A DNA stretch of 64,000 nt from Candidatus Latescibacterota bacterium (GCA_965248755.1 OZ252149.1:704001-768000), one strand, 5' to 3'. Positions 1 through 10,452 are shown, counted from the stretch's first letter. A program made the numbers and translations. The notes: generated from the letters alone by a model not told the origin.

Positions 1-358
1 AATTGTAAGCTCGGTAATCAGCCTCCCAGATAAAACATTCGTAGTCAAAGTCTACATCCTTGAACTTTACCAGACCCACCTTTCTATTGACTTTGAAAGT
101 GGCCCTGACCTTATTTGCCTTTTTCTCCAGATTCTCGAGGTATCTTGACACCAAACGTGAAATGGAGATCCCCTCATGCGACGGTCTCCACTCCACCTCC
201 ACCCTTGCTATCTGGGAGTCATCGAGTCTCAAATAGCCGGAATCTTTCTTCCTGTTAGGATCAGAAGTAACGCTTCCCAGGTTCCAATCTTTCGGAACGT
301 CGAAGGTTATGCCCTTCCAGCCGAATTTGTACCATTCTGAATAGGTTTTAGATTTCAT
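1..358 (-). CDS. hypothetical protein, 5' part (runs off window start)
   Basis: Manual translation from ATG at 358 gives an open frame MKSKTYSEWYKFGWKGITFDVPKDWNLG... to the window edge; not in the ORF track because it is truncated. Confidence 0.65.
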   Translation of the reverse strand, partial: MKSKTYSEWYKFGWKGITFDVPKDWNLGSVTSDPNRKKDSGYLRLDDSQIARVEVEWRPSHEGISISRLVSRYLENLEKKANKVRATFKVNRKVGLVKFKDVDFDYECFIWEADYRAYN

Positions 359-463
359 ATATCAACTATTTAGAATATGGCCATGCCACAACATTATACA
401 CCTTGAAAGTGTTGATTCATAACCTGTCTGGATATCTACTACGTCCTGATCTTGGTTGTTGAA

Positions 464-820
464 TTACCATTCTGTCTCTTTGAGGTAGAAATGGAAATAT
501 TGCGTGGACATCTCAATAAGGCATGAGAAGTGTTTGGAATATGACCAAGAACCTTTGATTCCATTTAGATGGTTTCTACCTTCGGGTTGTCCTTTGTCTT
601 TGTCAACCATGAAGTGGTTACCACAGATAGATAGAGAAGAGTAGGCGTGCCAGTCATCGGTGTAGTAGAGACAGTCTTTTCGCTCCTGCCTTCCGTCTAC
701 AGCGGCGATGAGCTTATCGTAATCCAGAAGCACTCTGTGAGTCCTCCCACAAAGCCGCCATACCGATCGGTAGAGCTTTTTGTTAACCTTTTGTCCTACC
801 TGATAGACCTCATGTTTCAA
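464..820 (-). pseudogene. IS1595-family (ISXO2-like DDE) transposase remnant
   Basis: Motifs YTDDWHAYSSL, H(L)NGIKGSWSYSKH (cf. HINGIEGFWS) and FHFYLKETEW are typical of IS1595 transposases; short and degenerate. Confidence 0.7.
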
Positions 821-1060
821 AGCGAAAAAATAGCCTTATATTCAAGCTGCAGAAGCGAAATTTCTTCCTCTTTCTATGTCTCAATACCGAGCTTTGCGTA
901 ACCTCGCAGGGAATCTATACCCCATCTTCAATATAAATATATCTCCACAATATAGTCAAGCCTTTTCTTTTTCTGGCTACATACGCGTAGCGGCAGAAAA
1001 CTTGCTAGCAGACACGGTGATTTACATCGCGTATGAACCTTGGTAAGAACGTCTTCATCC

Positions 1061-2043
1061 TTACACCAATTCTCCTACAAACCAACTGGAATTACGAACC
1101 AGCACCACGCTTGAGAAGCCTTCAATCATCTCCAGAAGCGGTTCAGCATGGGCGATCTCCTCTCCGGGATCCGGCTGCACCAAGCCCACAAAGACCACTA
1201 AGGCCTCCCGAGATTCTTCCCACTGTATGAGGAAAAGATAGTTGCCCCAGAGCCCGGGAAAGATCGGAGCTGGAGCAAGGCGTGCCGCGCATCCCAAGTT
1301 AGGGCGTCGGTCAGAGAACATCCGTATGCGCGCTGAACGCCAGGACTATTGGCACAGGAGGACAGACGATGACACAGATTGTGATAGCAGCAATAGTGTC
1401 AAAGGGAACGGATCGTTGCGGATGCTTCAGGTCTCCGAACAGGGCCTCGCCAGCCGTAATCTCCGGAACCTCCCGAAGGAAGACTGCAAGTACCCTCCAG
1501 AAGAGGGGAGTCTTACCTTGAACGCTTGAACGTGCCACCAAGAATGGGAGTGATGGCCCTATAGCCCTCATAGTAGGTATGTGCAGTTTCAGGGCTATTT
1601 TCGGCTCCTGTGGTGGAGATCGGTGTCAGAGCGGCGATCGTTACTGCAGGCACAATCTGGATGGGCACTTCTGGGCACACGGTCTGGAGCGACTCAGCAA
1701 ACCAGAAGGCGTAGAACGTCGCCGACAGCGACTTTGACAGGAAGAGCGGAATACCGATTGCTCCGCTGATCTCTACGCCTTAGGCTACGGAAAATGATAT
1801 ATTAGGCTCCCCAGCAACCCTCCACGCTACGTAGCCAGTACCGATAGCGACAGGGCTGTTATCAGAGTGATTCCGTTGGATAGACATGCGCTTGTCAGAG
1901 TCGGCAGGATCCCCGCGTTTCCGACCACCCAGCCGACGCCGGACATAAACAATTACGCCTAAGATAGTTACCATCAAAGGCGTAAAGACTTCCAACAATG
2001 TTCCCAGTTTAGACAAATTCATCTGTTTCTCGGCTTGAGCATA
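1061..2043 (-). pseudogene. amino-acid permease / cation-chloride cotransporter (SLC12-like) remnant, multiply frameshifted with a large internal deletion
   Basis: Consecutive fragments in different frames: KLGTLLEVFTP..TILGVI; GVEISGAIGIPLFLS..FYAFWFAESL; FWRVLAVF..ITAG..GDLKHPQRSVPFDTIAAI; C-terminal VVLVRNSS. Confidence 0.7.
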
Positions 2044-2283
2044 AGGAGTCTAAAGATCGGAAGAAACATACCTGCCGGTATTGGATGTCGCCTTACCTTC
2101 GGCTATCGCAAAGCTGCTGGGGGCGGATAGGCGAAAGCCATATTGAACTCAGCTGGTGCGCGCAGAACCTCCGTTCAAGGGCTCTCGAGGACCTCCCGTG
2201 CTTGCTATTCGTTGTAGATGAGTAGGTTTCGCCGAGACTCCTTTCTCTGACTCTAAAGCGCCGGACACTGTCATCTCGAAGGT

Positions 2284-3015
2284 TTAGTCCTGCACCTTGT
2301 TTGCACGAATAATCATACTCAAAGAATCCCACGAATATTCACCCTCCTTAAAGTCGCCCCAGACATCTGTAGTCCTTAACCCTGCTGAATTCATCAACAT
2401 CTTAAGCTCCGTGAAGCAATAGAGCCTGACAGAATGCCGGTATTTTCTTTCTCGGTTTCCCTCAACAACTGTCACCTCGACATTAGACATCCCCGTTACT
2501 ATATCGAACGATCTCCTCTCCAATACGACCATCTTGCCGTATTTGAACCATTCCACAGGATAGAAATGTTTGACAACGAAGTCCCTATTGGCCGCCTCTA
2601 ACAGCAATGTTCCATCGGGGGTTAAGGCCCTGCCCATCAGCTTGAAGATGTCAAAATCTACTGCCTCATCTTCAAAATACCCGAAAGAAGTGAACATACT
2701 TATTATACCGTCGAACTTTTCCTCAAACCATAAGTTCCTTATATCACCACATATCAGATCAATATCTACGTGCTCAGTTCTGGACCTTCTCCTTGCTACT
2801 TTGAGCAAAATCGGGGAAAGATCGTATCCCGTTACCTTGTAGCCCCTCTTTGCCAGTTCCACCGCGTGCCGACCGTAGCCGCAGCAAAGATCCAGTATCC
2901 TGGCCGATGCGGGAAGATCCAACTTGGCCTCCAGGAAATCTACTTCCCCGCGTGTATCCTCGTGCACATCGAATTTTAGGTAATCTTCGCCGAAGAAAGT
3001 CTTGAACCACTCCAC
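2284..3015 (-). CDS. class I SAM-dependent methyltransferase
   Basis: ILDLCCGYGRH motif I, GYDLS, FTSFGYF; GGAGG RBS before GTG start. Confidence 0.9.
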   Translation of the reverse strand: MEWFKTFFGEDYLKFDVHEDTRGEVDFLEAKLDLPASARILDLCCGYGRHAVELAKRGYKVTGYDLSPILLKVARRRSRTEHVDIDLICGDIRNLWFEEKFDGIISMFTSFGYFEDEAVDFDIFKLMGRALTPDGTLLLEAANRDFVVKHFYPVEWFKYGKMVVLERRSFDIVTGMSNVEVTVVEGNRERKYRHSVRLYCFTELKMLMNSAGLRTTDVWGDFKEGEYSWDSLSMIIRANKVQD

Positions 3016-3170
3016 AGTTTATCCTCCATCAAGAACCGTTGGCAAAACCCGATTTTGAAGCCTTGCCATAAGAAAGCTTACGGGGCCAGTCCTGTTGTGA
3101 CGGTTATTCCATTCGTAATGGCTGAATAGTAGACAACTTACGGGGAAGGGAAGAGGGACCCGGTCTAACT

Positions 3171-3208
3171 CCGATTGAATCCCCGATTGAGTCTGTCAGG
3201 GATCGGGG
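3171..3208. repeat. 21-bp palindrome family, one copy nested inside another
   Basis: CCGATTGAAT[CCCCGATTGAGTCTGTCAGGG]ATCGGGG. Confidence 0.75.
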
Positions 3209-3220
3209 GCTGCTCTCTAC

Positions 3221-4285
3221 CTATTTAAATTCTCCTGTTAGAGAGAACCTGTGAACTTCTCCCAAGTCCGCAAACGAACTGAAGGCGTAATCGAATCTAT
3301 ACCTGTCTATCACAAAGCCTGCTCCGGCTGATATTCCCGCTCCTTCGCCTGTTTCCAGGCCGTTCGAGACAGAGCTGTATCCCGGACGTATCATAAAGTT
3401 CTGTGAAATTTCAAACTCGCCGCCTATGGAAAAGTAAAGGTCGTTATCGTTAGGTAGATTAGCGTCTACAACGATCATCAGTGGAAGATGTTCAGGCTTG
3501 TGGGTGATACCTATCTTCAAGTTTACGGGCAGACTATCCTTCAAATCTTCGGAAAATCCGCTCCTGACGAAGCCCAGATTTAGAATCGAAACCCCTAAAG
3601 TCGTCCTTTCGCGGGGCCTTATGAATATACCCAGATCCAGGGCGTAAGCGTCCGACGAAAACTCATCTATTCGTGAAAAGATAAACTTCAGATTACCTCC
3701 AACAGATACCTTGTCGGAGGTGAATCTTGAATAAGAAACGCGAGCCGCCAGATCACCCGCTCCGAAATCTCCTATCACGATCCCATTCTCATCCGTCTTG
3801 TCAAACGTCCCATACGATATATAACTTATCCCTATTCCGAACGTGGCCCTATTCTTGAGAGGAAATGCTAGGCCCACAAAGCCTGACTGAGTGTCCACCA
3901 GATAATTCGTAAAGGAGGCCGTAGCCATCTTGTTTTCTATTGTAGCCATAGCCCCGGGATTCCACACTATAGAGTTTATGTCCTCAGCCACAGCCGCAAA
4001 GGCGCTTCCAAACGCCGCCGACCGCGCAGAGTTGTCTATCTTCAGAAAGTTGAATCCTGTGGTTCCGACCTTGTCGTTTACTTCCTGTGCCCAAACTCCC
4101 CTTACAAATAGCGCAGAGATGGACAGGGCTATGCCGAAAAGCAGTAGAAAGTAGGTAGTAGGCCCCGATAGATTCAATCGGGGGAGATAGGGCATTGCCT
4201 CCCATCCCTGTATGCTGTCTACTGTTTGCTGTCTACTTTCTTTTATGTTGTGCTTCAGAATCTCCACTAACCTCTTCATATCCAT
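3221..4285 (-). CDS. PorV/PorQ (UPF0164)-family outer-membrane beta-barrel protein
   Basis: GTTGFNFLKI..SARSAAFG.AFAAVA.D..SIVWNPG N-terminal motif, alternating beta-strand pattern, signal peptide ending VWA/Q; the N-region carries an in-frame repeat insertion. Confidence 0.85.
   Translation of the reverse strand: MDMKRLVEILKHNIKESRQQTVDSIQGWEAMPYLPRLNLSGPTTYFLLLFGIALSISALFVRGVWAQEVNDKVGTTGFNFLKIDNSARSAAFGSAFAAVAEDINSIVWNPGAMATIENKMATASFTNYLVDTQSGFVGLAFPLKNRATFGIGISYISYGTFDKTDENGIVIGDFGAGDLAARVSYSRFTSDKVSVGGNLKFIFSRIDEFSSDAYALDLGIFIRPRERTTLGVSILNLGFVRSGFSEDLKDSLPVNLKIGITHKPEHLPLMIVVDANLPNDNDLYFSIGGEFEISQNFMIRPGYSSVSNGLETGEGAGISAGAGFVIDRYRFDYAFSSFADLGEVHRFSLTGEFK
4163..4183. repeat. 21-bp palindrome family, in-frame inside the PorV-like gene
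   Basis: Exact reverse complement of CCCCGATTGAATCTATCGGGG; encodes PRLNLSG. Confidence 0.9.
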
Positions 4286-4322
4286 AGGGATCTCCTCTGT
4301 TCAGGAACACATAGCTACCAGT

Positions 4323-5774
4323 TCATTCTTCTAACTTCTGCTTCAAAAACCGATTCACAAGCTGAGGGTCAGCTTTTCCCTTTGTCTCCCTCATTACCTG
4401 TCCAATGAAGAACGCTAGGAGCTTGGTCTGGCCTTCCCGGTATCGCTGAACCTCATTATCGTTCGCAGCGATTACGTTATCTATAATTCGCCCTATTTGG
4501 GAATCATCCGTAATCTGTGTTAAACCTTTCCGTTTCACAATCTCCTCAGGCCCTTTTCCACTCTCCGCCATTTCCTCGAACACAGCCTTTGCGATCTTTA
4601 AATTTATAGTCCCGACCTCCACCATTTTGATCAGTTCAGATAGACGCTCGGGCTTTACGTTAAATTCATCCGCCTTTATCTTCCTCTCGTTCAAGACCTT
4701 CAGGACATCTCCCATAACCCAATTGCTCGTCTTTTTTGGATCAGCTCCGGTTTTTACCACAAACTCATAATAGTCCCCCAACTCCGGCGTAGACGTTAAA
4801 ACCTCTGCATCGTAGTCTCTTATGCCATACTGGCCTGTGAATCGGTCCATTCTCTCTAAGGGAAGTTCGGGGATTTCTTCTCTTATCTGGTCGACCCACT
4901 CCTTACTTACTTCTACAGGCATCAAATCGGGCTCTGGGAAATATCTGTAATCCTCCGAAATTTCCTTGCTCCTCATAGGGACGGTAACGCCCCTTTGGGC
5001 ATCCCACAACAGAGTCTGGTGCATCACCTTATCGTTCTGCCTGAGTATTTCGGTCTGCCTCAGTGTCTCGGCCTCTAAAGCCCTCTGCAGATTCCTGAAC
5101 GAATTCATGTTCTTGATTTCAGTCTTCGTGCCCAGTTCGGACGATCCCTTGGGACGCAGTGAGATATTGGTATCTATCCTTATATTGCCCTCCTCCATAT
5201 TGCAGTCAGATATATCCAGATACTCAAGTACCTGCTTTAGTCTCGTAAGATAGACGTAAGCCTCCTGTGGAAAAGCCATATCTGGATAGCTCACAATCTC
5301 GATTAAGGGAACACCGCATCGGTTCACGTCAAAAAAGGAAGAGCCCTCCGACACATACTCCTCATCGTGTACTAATTTCCCCGCGTCCTCCTCCATGTGT
5401 ATTCTAACCAACCTTATCACTTTGGACTTCCCGTTAATCTCAATATCTATGTGACCGCCAATCGCAAAGGGCATCTCGCTTTGAGACTGATACTGAGATA
5501 TCTGATAGTTTTTCGGAAGATCCGGATAAAAGTAGCTTTTCCTGAGGAACCTGCTCCTCGGCTGGATCTGGCAGCCTAAAGCTACAGCTAACTTCAGAGC
5601 GCACTCCACAACTTTCCTGTTCAAAACCGGCAGTACCCCCGGCATGCCCAGACACACGGGACAGCCATGAGAGTTGGGATCAGCGCCGAACGTTGTGCTG
5701 CAGCCGCAGAATATCTTGCTCTCAGTAGAAAGCTGAACATGTACCTCTAAGCCTATATTTGCCTCATACTCCAT
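4323..5774 (-). CDS. gatB: Asp-tRNA(Asn)/Glu-tRNA(Gln) amidotransferase subunit B
   Basis: IGLEVHVQL, YFYPDLPKNYQISQ, HMEEDAGK, DYRYFPEPDL, C-terminal Yqey-like domain. Confidence 0.98.
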   Translation of the reverse strand: MEYEANIGLEVHVQLSTESKIFCGCSTTFGADPNSHGCPVCLGMPGVLPVLNRKVVECALKLAVALGCQIQPRSRFLRKSYFYPDLPKNYQISQYQSQSEMPFAIGGHIDIEINGKSKVIRLVRIHMEEDAGKLVHDEEYVSEGSSFFDVNRCGVPLIEIVSYPDMAFPQEAYVYLTRLKQVLEYLDISDCNMEEGNIRIDTNISLRPKGSSELGTKTEIKNMNSFRNLQRALEAETLRQTEILRQNDKVMHQTLLWDAQRGVTVPMRSKEISEDYRYFPEPDLMPVEVSKEWVDQIREEIPELPLERMDRFTGQYGIRDYDAEVLTSTPELGDYYEFVVKTGADPKKTSNWVMGDVLKVLNERKIKADEFNVKPERLSELIKMVEVGTINLKIAKAVFEEMAESGKGPEEIVKRKGLTQITDDSQIGRIIDNVIAANDNEVQRYREGQTKLLAFFIGQVMRETKGKADPQLVNRFLKQKLEE

Positions 5775-6003
5775 AGTATCTGCTCCATCTTCTGTAATCC
5801 CCCCCGCCGCCGAAGGGGAGCGCTATCACTTCATCAGACGTTTCAATCCTTAAAGTCGTTCCCTTTTAGAGTCATCCCTCTTCCTCACCTTACTGTGCTT
5901 TACGGCCACGTCCACAACACCGTTGCATCTTTTGTCAGGGATCCACGATTACTTCATCTCTGAACAGCAGATCACATTTTATTGATTTCCCTGATTCTAG
6001 GAG

Positions 6004-6045
6004 CGTATGCTCCTTTAACTCTGAAACGTATGCTCCTTTAACTCT
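6004..6045. repeat. 19-bp direct repeat CGTATGCTCCTTTAACTCT x2 (4-bp spacer) upstream of gatB
   Basis: Exact copies at 6004-6022 and 6027-6045. Confidence 0.9.
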
Positions 6046-6232
6046 ATCTTATCATTATGAGGAAATAATATAAGCCAAAACGTGCTGAAGTCAAGGATGT
6101 TTAGAAATTTTTTGTTCTCCGATTCGGAACGGTTGTATTTTTCAAGCTCGTCTTAGCGAATTATTAGAATTCCCTTGTGGATTGTTTCAGGACATGACAA
6201 CTTCAAAGAATGTTTCCTCCTTGCGACACTTA

Positions 6233-6340
6233 GTCATTGCGAGTCCCTGATTGACTCTATCGGGGGGGGGGCGGGGGGAAGCCCAGGATCTTTAGCCCAG
6301 AGCTAGGGGAAGGGTCTGCTACGGGTCAGATTAGCAATCT
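6233..6340. repeat. GTCATTGCGAG...GCAATCT element containing a 21-bp palindrome (6245-6265)
   Basis: Terminal motifs plus CCCTGATTGACTCTATCGGGG. Confidence 0.7.
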
Positions 6341-6546
6341 GAATATCAGGCGACCGTAAGGTTCCAGATAAGCAGCGTCATTCTCCTTCAACCATATCTC
6401 ATTTGCAATACCTAGTCCAGATCAACTTATCCTCCCCAATCAGTGAAGATTCTTCATCTTTTCATTCTGATAGTCCACGAAGAACTGGTATTTCAGTACG
6501 AAGGGCAGCTTATTTCACCATAAACCTCAAAAATACATCTATAGGG

Positions 6547-6575
6547 TTGACACGCAAAGCACTATAGCTTATATT
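6547..6575 (+). promoter_or_regulatory. sigma70-type promoter for the nuoBCID operon
   Basis: TTGACA-17 bp-TATATT about 110 bp upstream of nuoB; AGGAG RBS follows. Confidence 0.6.
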
Positions 6576-6686
6576 ACTAATGTGAAATGTAAGGAGTCAA
6601 TTCGCCTGCCGATATGAAGGCAAAACCATTGACCTATACTCAACGCTCCGATAATACTACAGATACTTGTCAGGAGGAGAACATAG

Positions 6687-7232
6687 ATGCCCCAAGAGGA
6701 GATAATAACGGAGGGCAGGTACGGAAACAACATTATCATAACCTCCGTGGATAAGATATTTAACTGGGCAAGGGAATCATCCCTGTGGCCTATGACGTTC
6801 GGACTTGCCTGCTGCGCCATCGAGATGATGGCCACGGGGGCCTCAAGATACGACCTTGACCGCTTCGGGGCCGGCGTCTTCAGACCTAGCCCCAGACAGT
6901 CCGATCTCATGATCGTAGCCGGAACAGTAACCTTGAAGATGGCAACCAGGATAAAGCGGCTTTACGAGCAGATGCCCGATCCTAAATACGTCATCTCGAT
7001 GGGGAGCTGTGCCACCTGCGGAGGTCCCTACTGGAACTTCGGCTACCATGTCCTAAAGGGTGTAGATCAGGTTATCCCCGTAGATGTCTACGTCCCGGGA
7101 TGTCCTCCCAGACCTGAAGCACTTATGGAAGGACTTATGAAGCTTCAGGAGAAGATCAAAGATGAGTCCCTTTTGGCGGATAAGATCAATAAGCTGACCG
7201 GGAGTGCAAGTGCTGAGGAGGAGGCTGCATGA
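6687..7232 (+). CDS. nuoB: NADH-quinone oxidoreductase subunit B
   Basis: [37 protein letters not shown]. Confidence 0.97.
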   Translation: MPQEEIITEGRYGNNIIITSVDKIFNWARESSLWPMTFGLACCAIEMMATGASRYDLDRFGAGVFRPSPRQSDLMIVAGTVTLKMATRIKRLYEQMPDPKYVISMGSCATCGGPYWNFGYHVLKGVDQVIPVDVYVPGCPPRPEALMEGLMKLQEKIKDESLLADKINKLTGSASAEEEAA

Positions 7233-7807
7233 ACGCCGAGGAGATCCACAATAAACTTAAAGAGAAGTTCGGCGATTCTATCTTGGAATTTAACCCCCAA
7301 GCAGTCCAGCTATACGTGAAACTCTCTCCCAAATCTGTGCTCGACGTAGCCCGCTTTATGAAAGACGACGAGGAACTTGCCTTCGATTGTCTGATGTGCT
7401 TAAGTAGTGTTGACTACCCGGAAAGCATCGAAGTCGTCTATCACTTCTACTCCAACGTAAAGGGACATAAGTGCGTGCTGAAAGTCGAAGTCCCAAGAGA
7501 AAATGGCTCCGTCCCATCGGTGGAATCCGTATGGAGAACGGCTGACTGGCACGAAAGAGAAGCCTACGACCTTGTCGGCGTGGTCTTTGAGGACCATCCC
7601 GATCTCAGAAGGATACTCCTCCCCGAAGATTGGGAGGGATACCCCTTAAGAAAGGACTATCAAGTGCAGGAGTTTTACAGAGGTATGAGAGTTCCCTACG
7701 ACGAAGATCTGGATCCAAACAGAGGGACCTTCATAGAGCCGATGTTTCGTAAAGAAACTGCTCAAAAAGAGACGGAGTCCGAAAAAGAGGAGGAAAGCGA
7801 GTCGTGA
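7229..7807 (+). CDS. nuoC: NADH-quinone oxidoreductase subunit C
   Basis: [39 protein letters not shown]; 4-bp overlap with nuoB. Confidence 0.95.
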   Translation: MNAEEIHNKLKEKFGDSILEFNPQAVQLYVKLSPKSVLDVARFMKDDEELAFDCLMCLSSVDYPESIEVVYHFYSNVKGHKCVLKVEVPRENGSVPSVESVWRTADWHEREAYDLVGVVFEDHPDLRRILLPEDWEGYPLRKDYQVQEFYRGMRVPYDEDLDPNRGTFIEPMFRKETAQKETESEKEEESES

Positions 7808-8538
7808 GAGGATATTTTTCCGACATATTCTCAGGGGTGTGGACTGTCCTGGTCGGTATGAGACTTACGTTCAGACACCTTTTTACCAGGGCCGTCACAC
7901 TCCAATATCCGGATGAAAAGTGGGAACTGCCACCAGGGGCAAGAGGCCAGCTCTTCAACGACATAGACGACTGCATAGGCTGTGACAAGTGCGCCAGGAT
8001 CTGCCCTGTGGACTGCATCTATATAGAGACAGTCAAAGTTGGCCCCGGTGAAGACCTGAGTGAGACCACTACGGGGCATAAAAAGAGACTGCACGTTGTG
8101 CGCTTTGATATAGACATGTCCAAGTGCTGCTACTGCGCCCTCTGCGTCTATCCCTGTCCCACAGAATGCCTCGTCATGACGCCAGAATATGAGAGCTCCG
8201 TCTATGACAGGGACGATTTCATCTATCGCTACGCCACATACACCCCTGAAGAGGTAGAAAAGATCAAAGAAGAAGGGGCTAAGAGGGATGTTGAAATGGC
8301 CGCAAAAAAAGCGGCGGCGGCCAAAGCCAAGGCAGAAAAAGCCAAAGCCGAGGGCGGTGGAGAGGAGAAGCCTGCCAGAGTCAAAGCATCGGCTACCAAA
8401 GCCGCAGGGAAAACCGAGGGTGGCGATGCTGAAGAAACACCCAAACCTGCGAGAGTAAAACCCAGAGCCGCAGAGGAGGCGATGGTGTCAGGTGAAGCTG
8501 CCCAGAAAGAACCCACATCCTCCGAAGATGAACAGTAG
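7804..8538 (+). CDS. nuoI: NADH-quinone oxidoreductase subunit I with a long Ala/Lys/Glu-rich C-terminal tail
   Basis: VTLQYPDEK, two 4Fe-4S motifs [12 protein letters not shown] and [12 protein letters not shown]; 4-bp overlap with nuoC. Confidence 0.93.
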   Translation: MRGYFSDIFSGVWTVLVGMRLTFRHLFTRAVTLQYPDEKWELPPGARGQLFNDIDDCIGCDKCARICPVDCIYIETVKVGPGEDLSETTTGHKKRLHVVRFDIDMSKCCYCALCVYPCPTECLVMTPEYESSVYDRDDFIYRYATYTPEEVEKIKEEGAKRDVEMAAKKAAAAKAKAEKAKAEGGGEEKPARVKASATKAAGKTEGGDAEETPKPARVKPRAAEEAMVSGEAAQKEPTSSEDEQ

Positions 8539-8569
8539 ATAGGTTCGATTGCCATAAACGGAGAACATA

Positions 8570-9772
8570 ATGTTAAGGTCTCTGTTCCAGAAAAAAGAGG
8601 AAAAGCCCGAGCTTCCGGTTGGATTTGACAGTCCCCCTCCACACACCATTGGCGTTGAATTTGAAGGCGAGGACATGATCTTAAATATGGGTCCTCAGCA
8701 TCCGAGCACCCATGGGGTTTTGAGATTAGAGCTTGTGACCGACGGCGAAATCGTGGAGAAGGTGACGCCACATATAGGCTACCTCCACAGATGCTTCGAA
8801 AAACACTCGGAAAATATGACATATCCCGAAGTCATGCCCTATACGGACAGGATGGACTACATTGCTTCAATGAACCAGAACTTCGCATATGCACTGACAG
8901 TAGAAAGGCTCATGGACCTTCAGGTCCCGGAGAGAGTCGAATATATAAGGGTCATAGTAGCCGAACTCAACAGGATCGCAAGCCACCTTGTCAGCGTCGG
9001 CACCTACGGACTCGATATAGGGGCGTTCACGCCCTTTCTGTGGGCGTTCAGGGATCGAGAAAAAATATTAGACCTTCTGGAATGGCTCAGCGGGGCAAGG
9101 ATGCTCTATAACTACATCTGGATCGGAGGTGTCGCAAGAGACCTTCCTGACGGCTTTCTCGATAAGACGGAAGAGTTTCTGGATTACTTCGAGCCCAAGA
9201 TTGATGAGCTTAACGGCCTTTTGTCCTTCAACAAGATATTCATCGCAAGGACAGCCGAGGTCGGCATCCTCCCTCCCGAAGTAGCGATAAGCTACGGGGT
9301 CACGGGGCCCAACCTCAGGGGTTCAGGTGTCAGATGGGACCTCAGATTAGACGATCCTTACTCTATCTACGACAGATTTGAATTCGACATCCCCATCGGA
9401 ACCGACCAACACGGACCTGTAGGCTCCTGCTGGAACAGATACATGGTCAGGATATGGGAGATGAAGGAGTCCGTTAAGATCATACACCAAGCCCTGGACC
9501 ATGGCATCCCCGAAGGCGATGTTCACGAAGCCATACCCAAAAGGATCAGACCTCCCGAAGGCGACATATACGTCCGCACAGAGACGCCAAGAGGAGAATT
9601 AGGCTTCTATTTAGTCAGCGACGGATCCGACACACCCTACAGGCTCAAGGCAAGATCTCCCTGCTTTACGGCTATAAGCGTCCTGAATGAAATCGCCCGC
9701 GGCGGGATGGTAGCAGATCTGGTGGCTATCGTCGGAAGCTTGGACGTAGTCATGGGAGAAATAGACAGATAG
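8570..9772 (+). CDS. nuoD: NADH-quinone oxidoreductase subunit D
   Basis: NMGPQHPSTHGVLRL, GYLHR, ELNRIASH, C-terminal D.VMGEIDR; no NiFe CxxC motifs. Confidence 0.97.
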   Translation: MLRSLFQKKEEKPELPVGFDSPPPHTIGVEFEGEDMILNMGPQHPSTHGVLRLELVTDGEIVEKVTPHIGYLHRCFEKHSENMTYPEVMPYTDRMDYIASMNQNFAYALTVERLMDLQVPERVEYIRVIVAELNRIASHLVSVGTYGLDIGAFTPFLWAFRDREKILDLLEWLSGARMLYNYIWIGGVARDLPDGFLDKTEEFLDYFEPKIDELNGLLSFNKIFIARTAEVGILPPEVAISYGVTGPNLRGSGVRWDLRLDDPYSIYDRFEFDIPIGTDQHGPVGSCWNRYMVRIWEMKESVKIIHQALDHGIPEGDVHEAIPKRIRPPEGDIYVRTETPRGELGFYLVSDGSDTPYRLKARSPCFTAISVLNEIARGGMVADLVAIVGSLDVVMGEIDR

Positions 9773-9827
9773 AAGATGTGCAAAAGGTCTGTTCTAAGCA
9801 GATTACTCATCTTAAACGCCTTTCTAC

Positions 9828-9880
9828 ATAGGGCTCCTGAATCCCCGGATGACAAGTCCAGACAGGAGCCCTATTATTTT
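9828..9880 (+). terminator. probable intrinsic terminator after nuoD
   Basis: 12-bp stem ATAGGGCTCCTG/CAGGAGCCCTAT followed by TATTTT; the loop is unusually long (23 nt). Confidence 0.55.
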
Positions 9881-9899
9881 GGTAAGTGTTGGTCAGCAG

Positions 9900-10260
9900 G
9901 AAAGACCAGACGGGTATTAGTACGCAGGTAGATGGACGGGTGGCGGAGGTTTCAGTCTCTGTGCACTGAGGGAAGGGCTTTTTGTCAGAGTTAAAGACGC
10001 GGGACTGCTGATGATCAGTTCTGAGTACACCGATGAGCTTCTGGTAGCTGTAGTGGCAACCTGGAGGATTTGAGGCTGAACAATGCTGAAGAAAAGATTA
10101 CGAAATCCTTCCTTGAAGCCATAGTTAAGTGATTTTCCGATGGTAAATCCCTGACCATATACTGTTTTAAGCGGGCAACGGGTCTGAAGATGCCAGAGGA
10201 GGTCAAGGTCAAGCGGATGCCGAAGGAGTTACAAATCCCAAGATATCTTTACACTTTACA
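9900..10260 (+). pseudogene. type III R-M Mod (DNA methyltransferase) C-terminal remnant
   Basis: Broken frames give GGGGFS, ..ISSEYTDELLVAVVA, IYCFKRATGLKMPEEVKVKRMPKEL, resembling Mod C-termini; a Res-like remnant lies downstream. Confidence 0.45.
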
Positions 10261-10275
10261 AAATGGAGGTCCAGA

Positions 10276-10452
10276 ATGAAAACCTTCACCCCTTATGTTG
10301 AGTGGGACCGTGAGACCAGACTCTATGGGGGTATAGTTCCGGGCATCCCAGGCGCACATACTCAAGAGGCCACCTTGGATGAACTCCGTAAGAATCTCAA
10401 GGAAGTGCTGGAATTGTGCGCAGAGGAGAGCAAGGAGGTTCAAGATGTCTAA
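10276..10452 (+). CDS. hicB: HicB-family antitoxin (58 aa)
   Basis: MKTFTPYVEWDRETRLYGGIVPGIPGAHTQEATLDELRKNLKEVLELC; GGAGG RBS; below the ORF-track cutoff. Confidence 0.75.
   Translation: MKTFTPYVEWDRETRLYGGIVPGIPGAHTQEATLDELRKNLKEVLELCAEESKEVQDV

Noticed and set aside
2043..2284. Structured RNA upstream of the permease remnant
   Set aside because: Some hairpins, but no riboswitch consensus I can support by eye
5780..6000. T-box or riboswitch upstream of gatB
   Set aside because: No T-box consensus or recognisable aptamer core seen
6262..6278. G-rich run as a G-quadruplex or phase-variation tract
   Set aside because: Intergenic, abuts the palindrome end, and homopolymer length may be a sequencing artefact
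8570..9772. Group 4 NiFe hydrogenase large subunit
   Set aside because: No N- or C-terminal CxxC nickel ligands; motifs are NuoD
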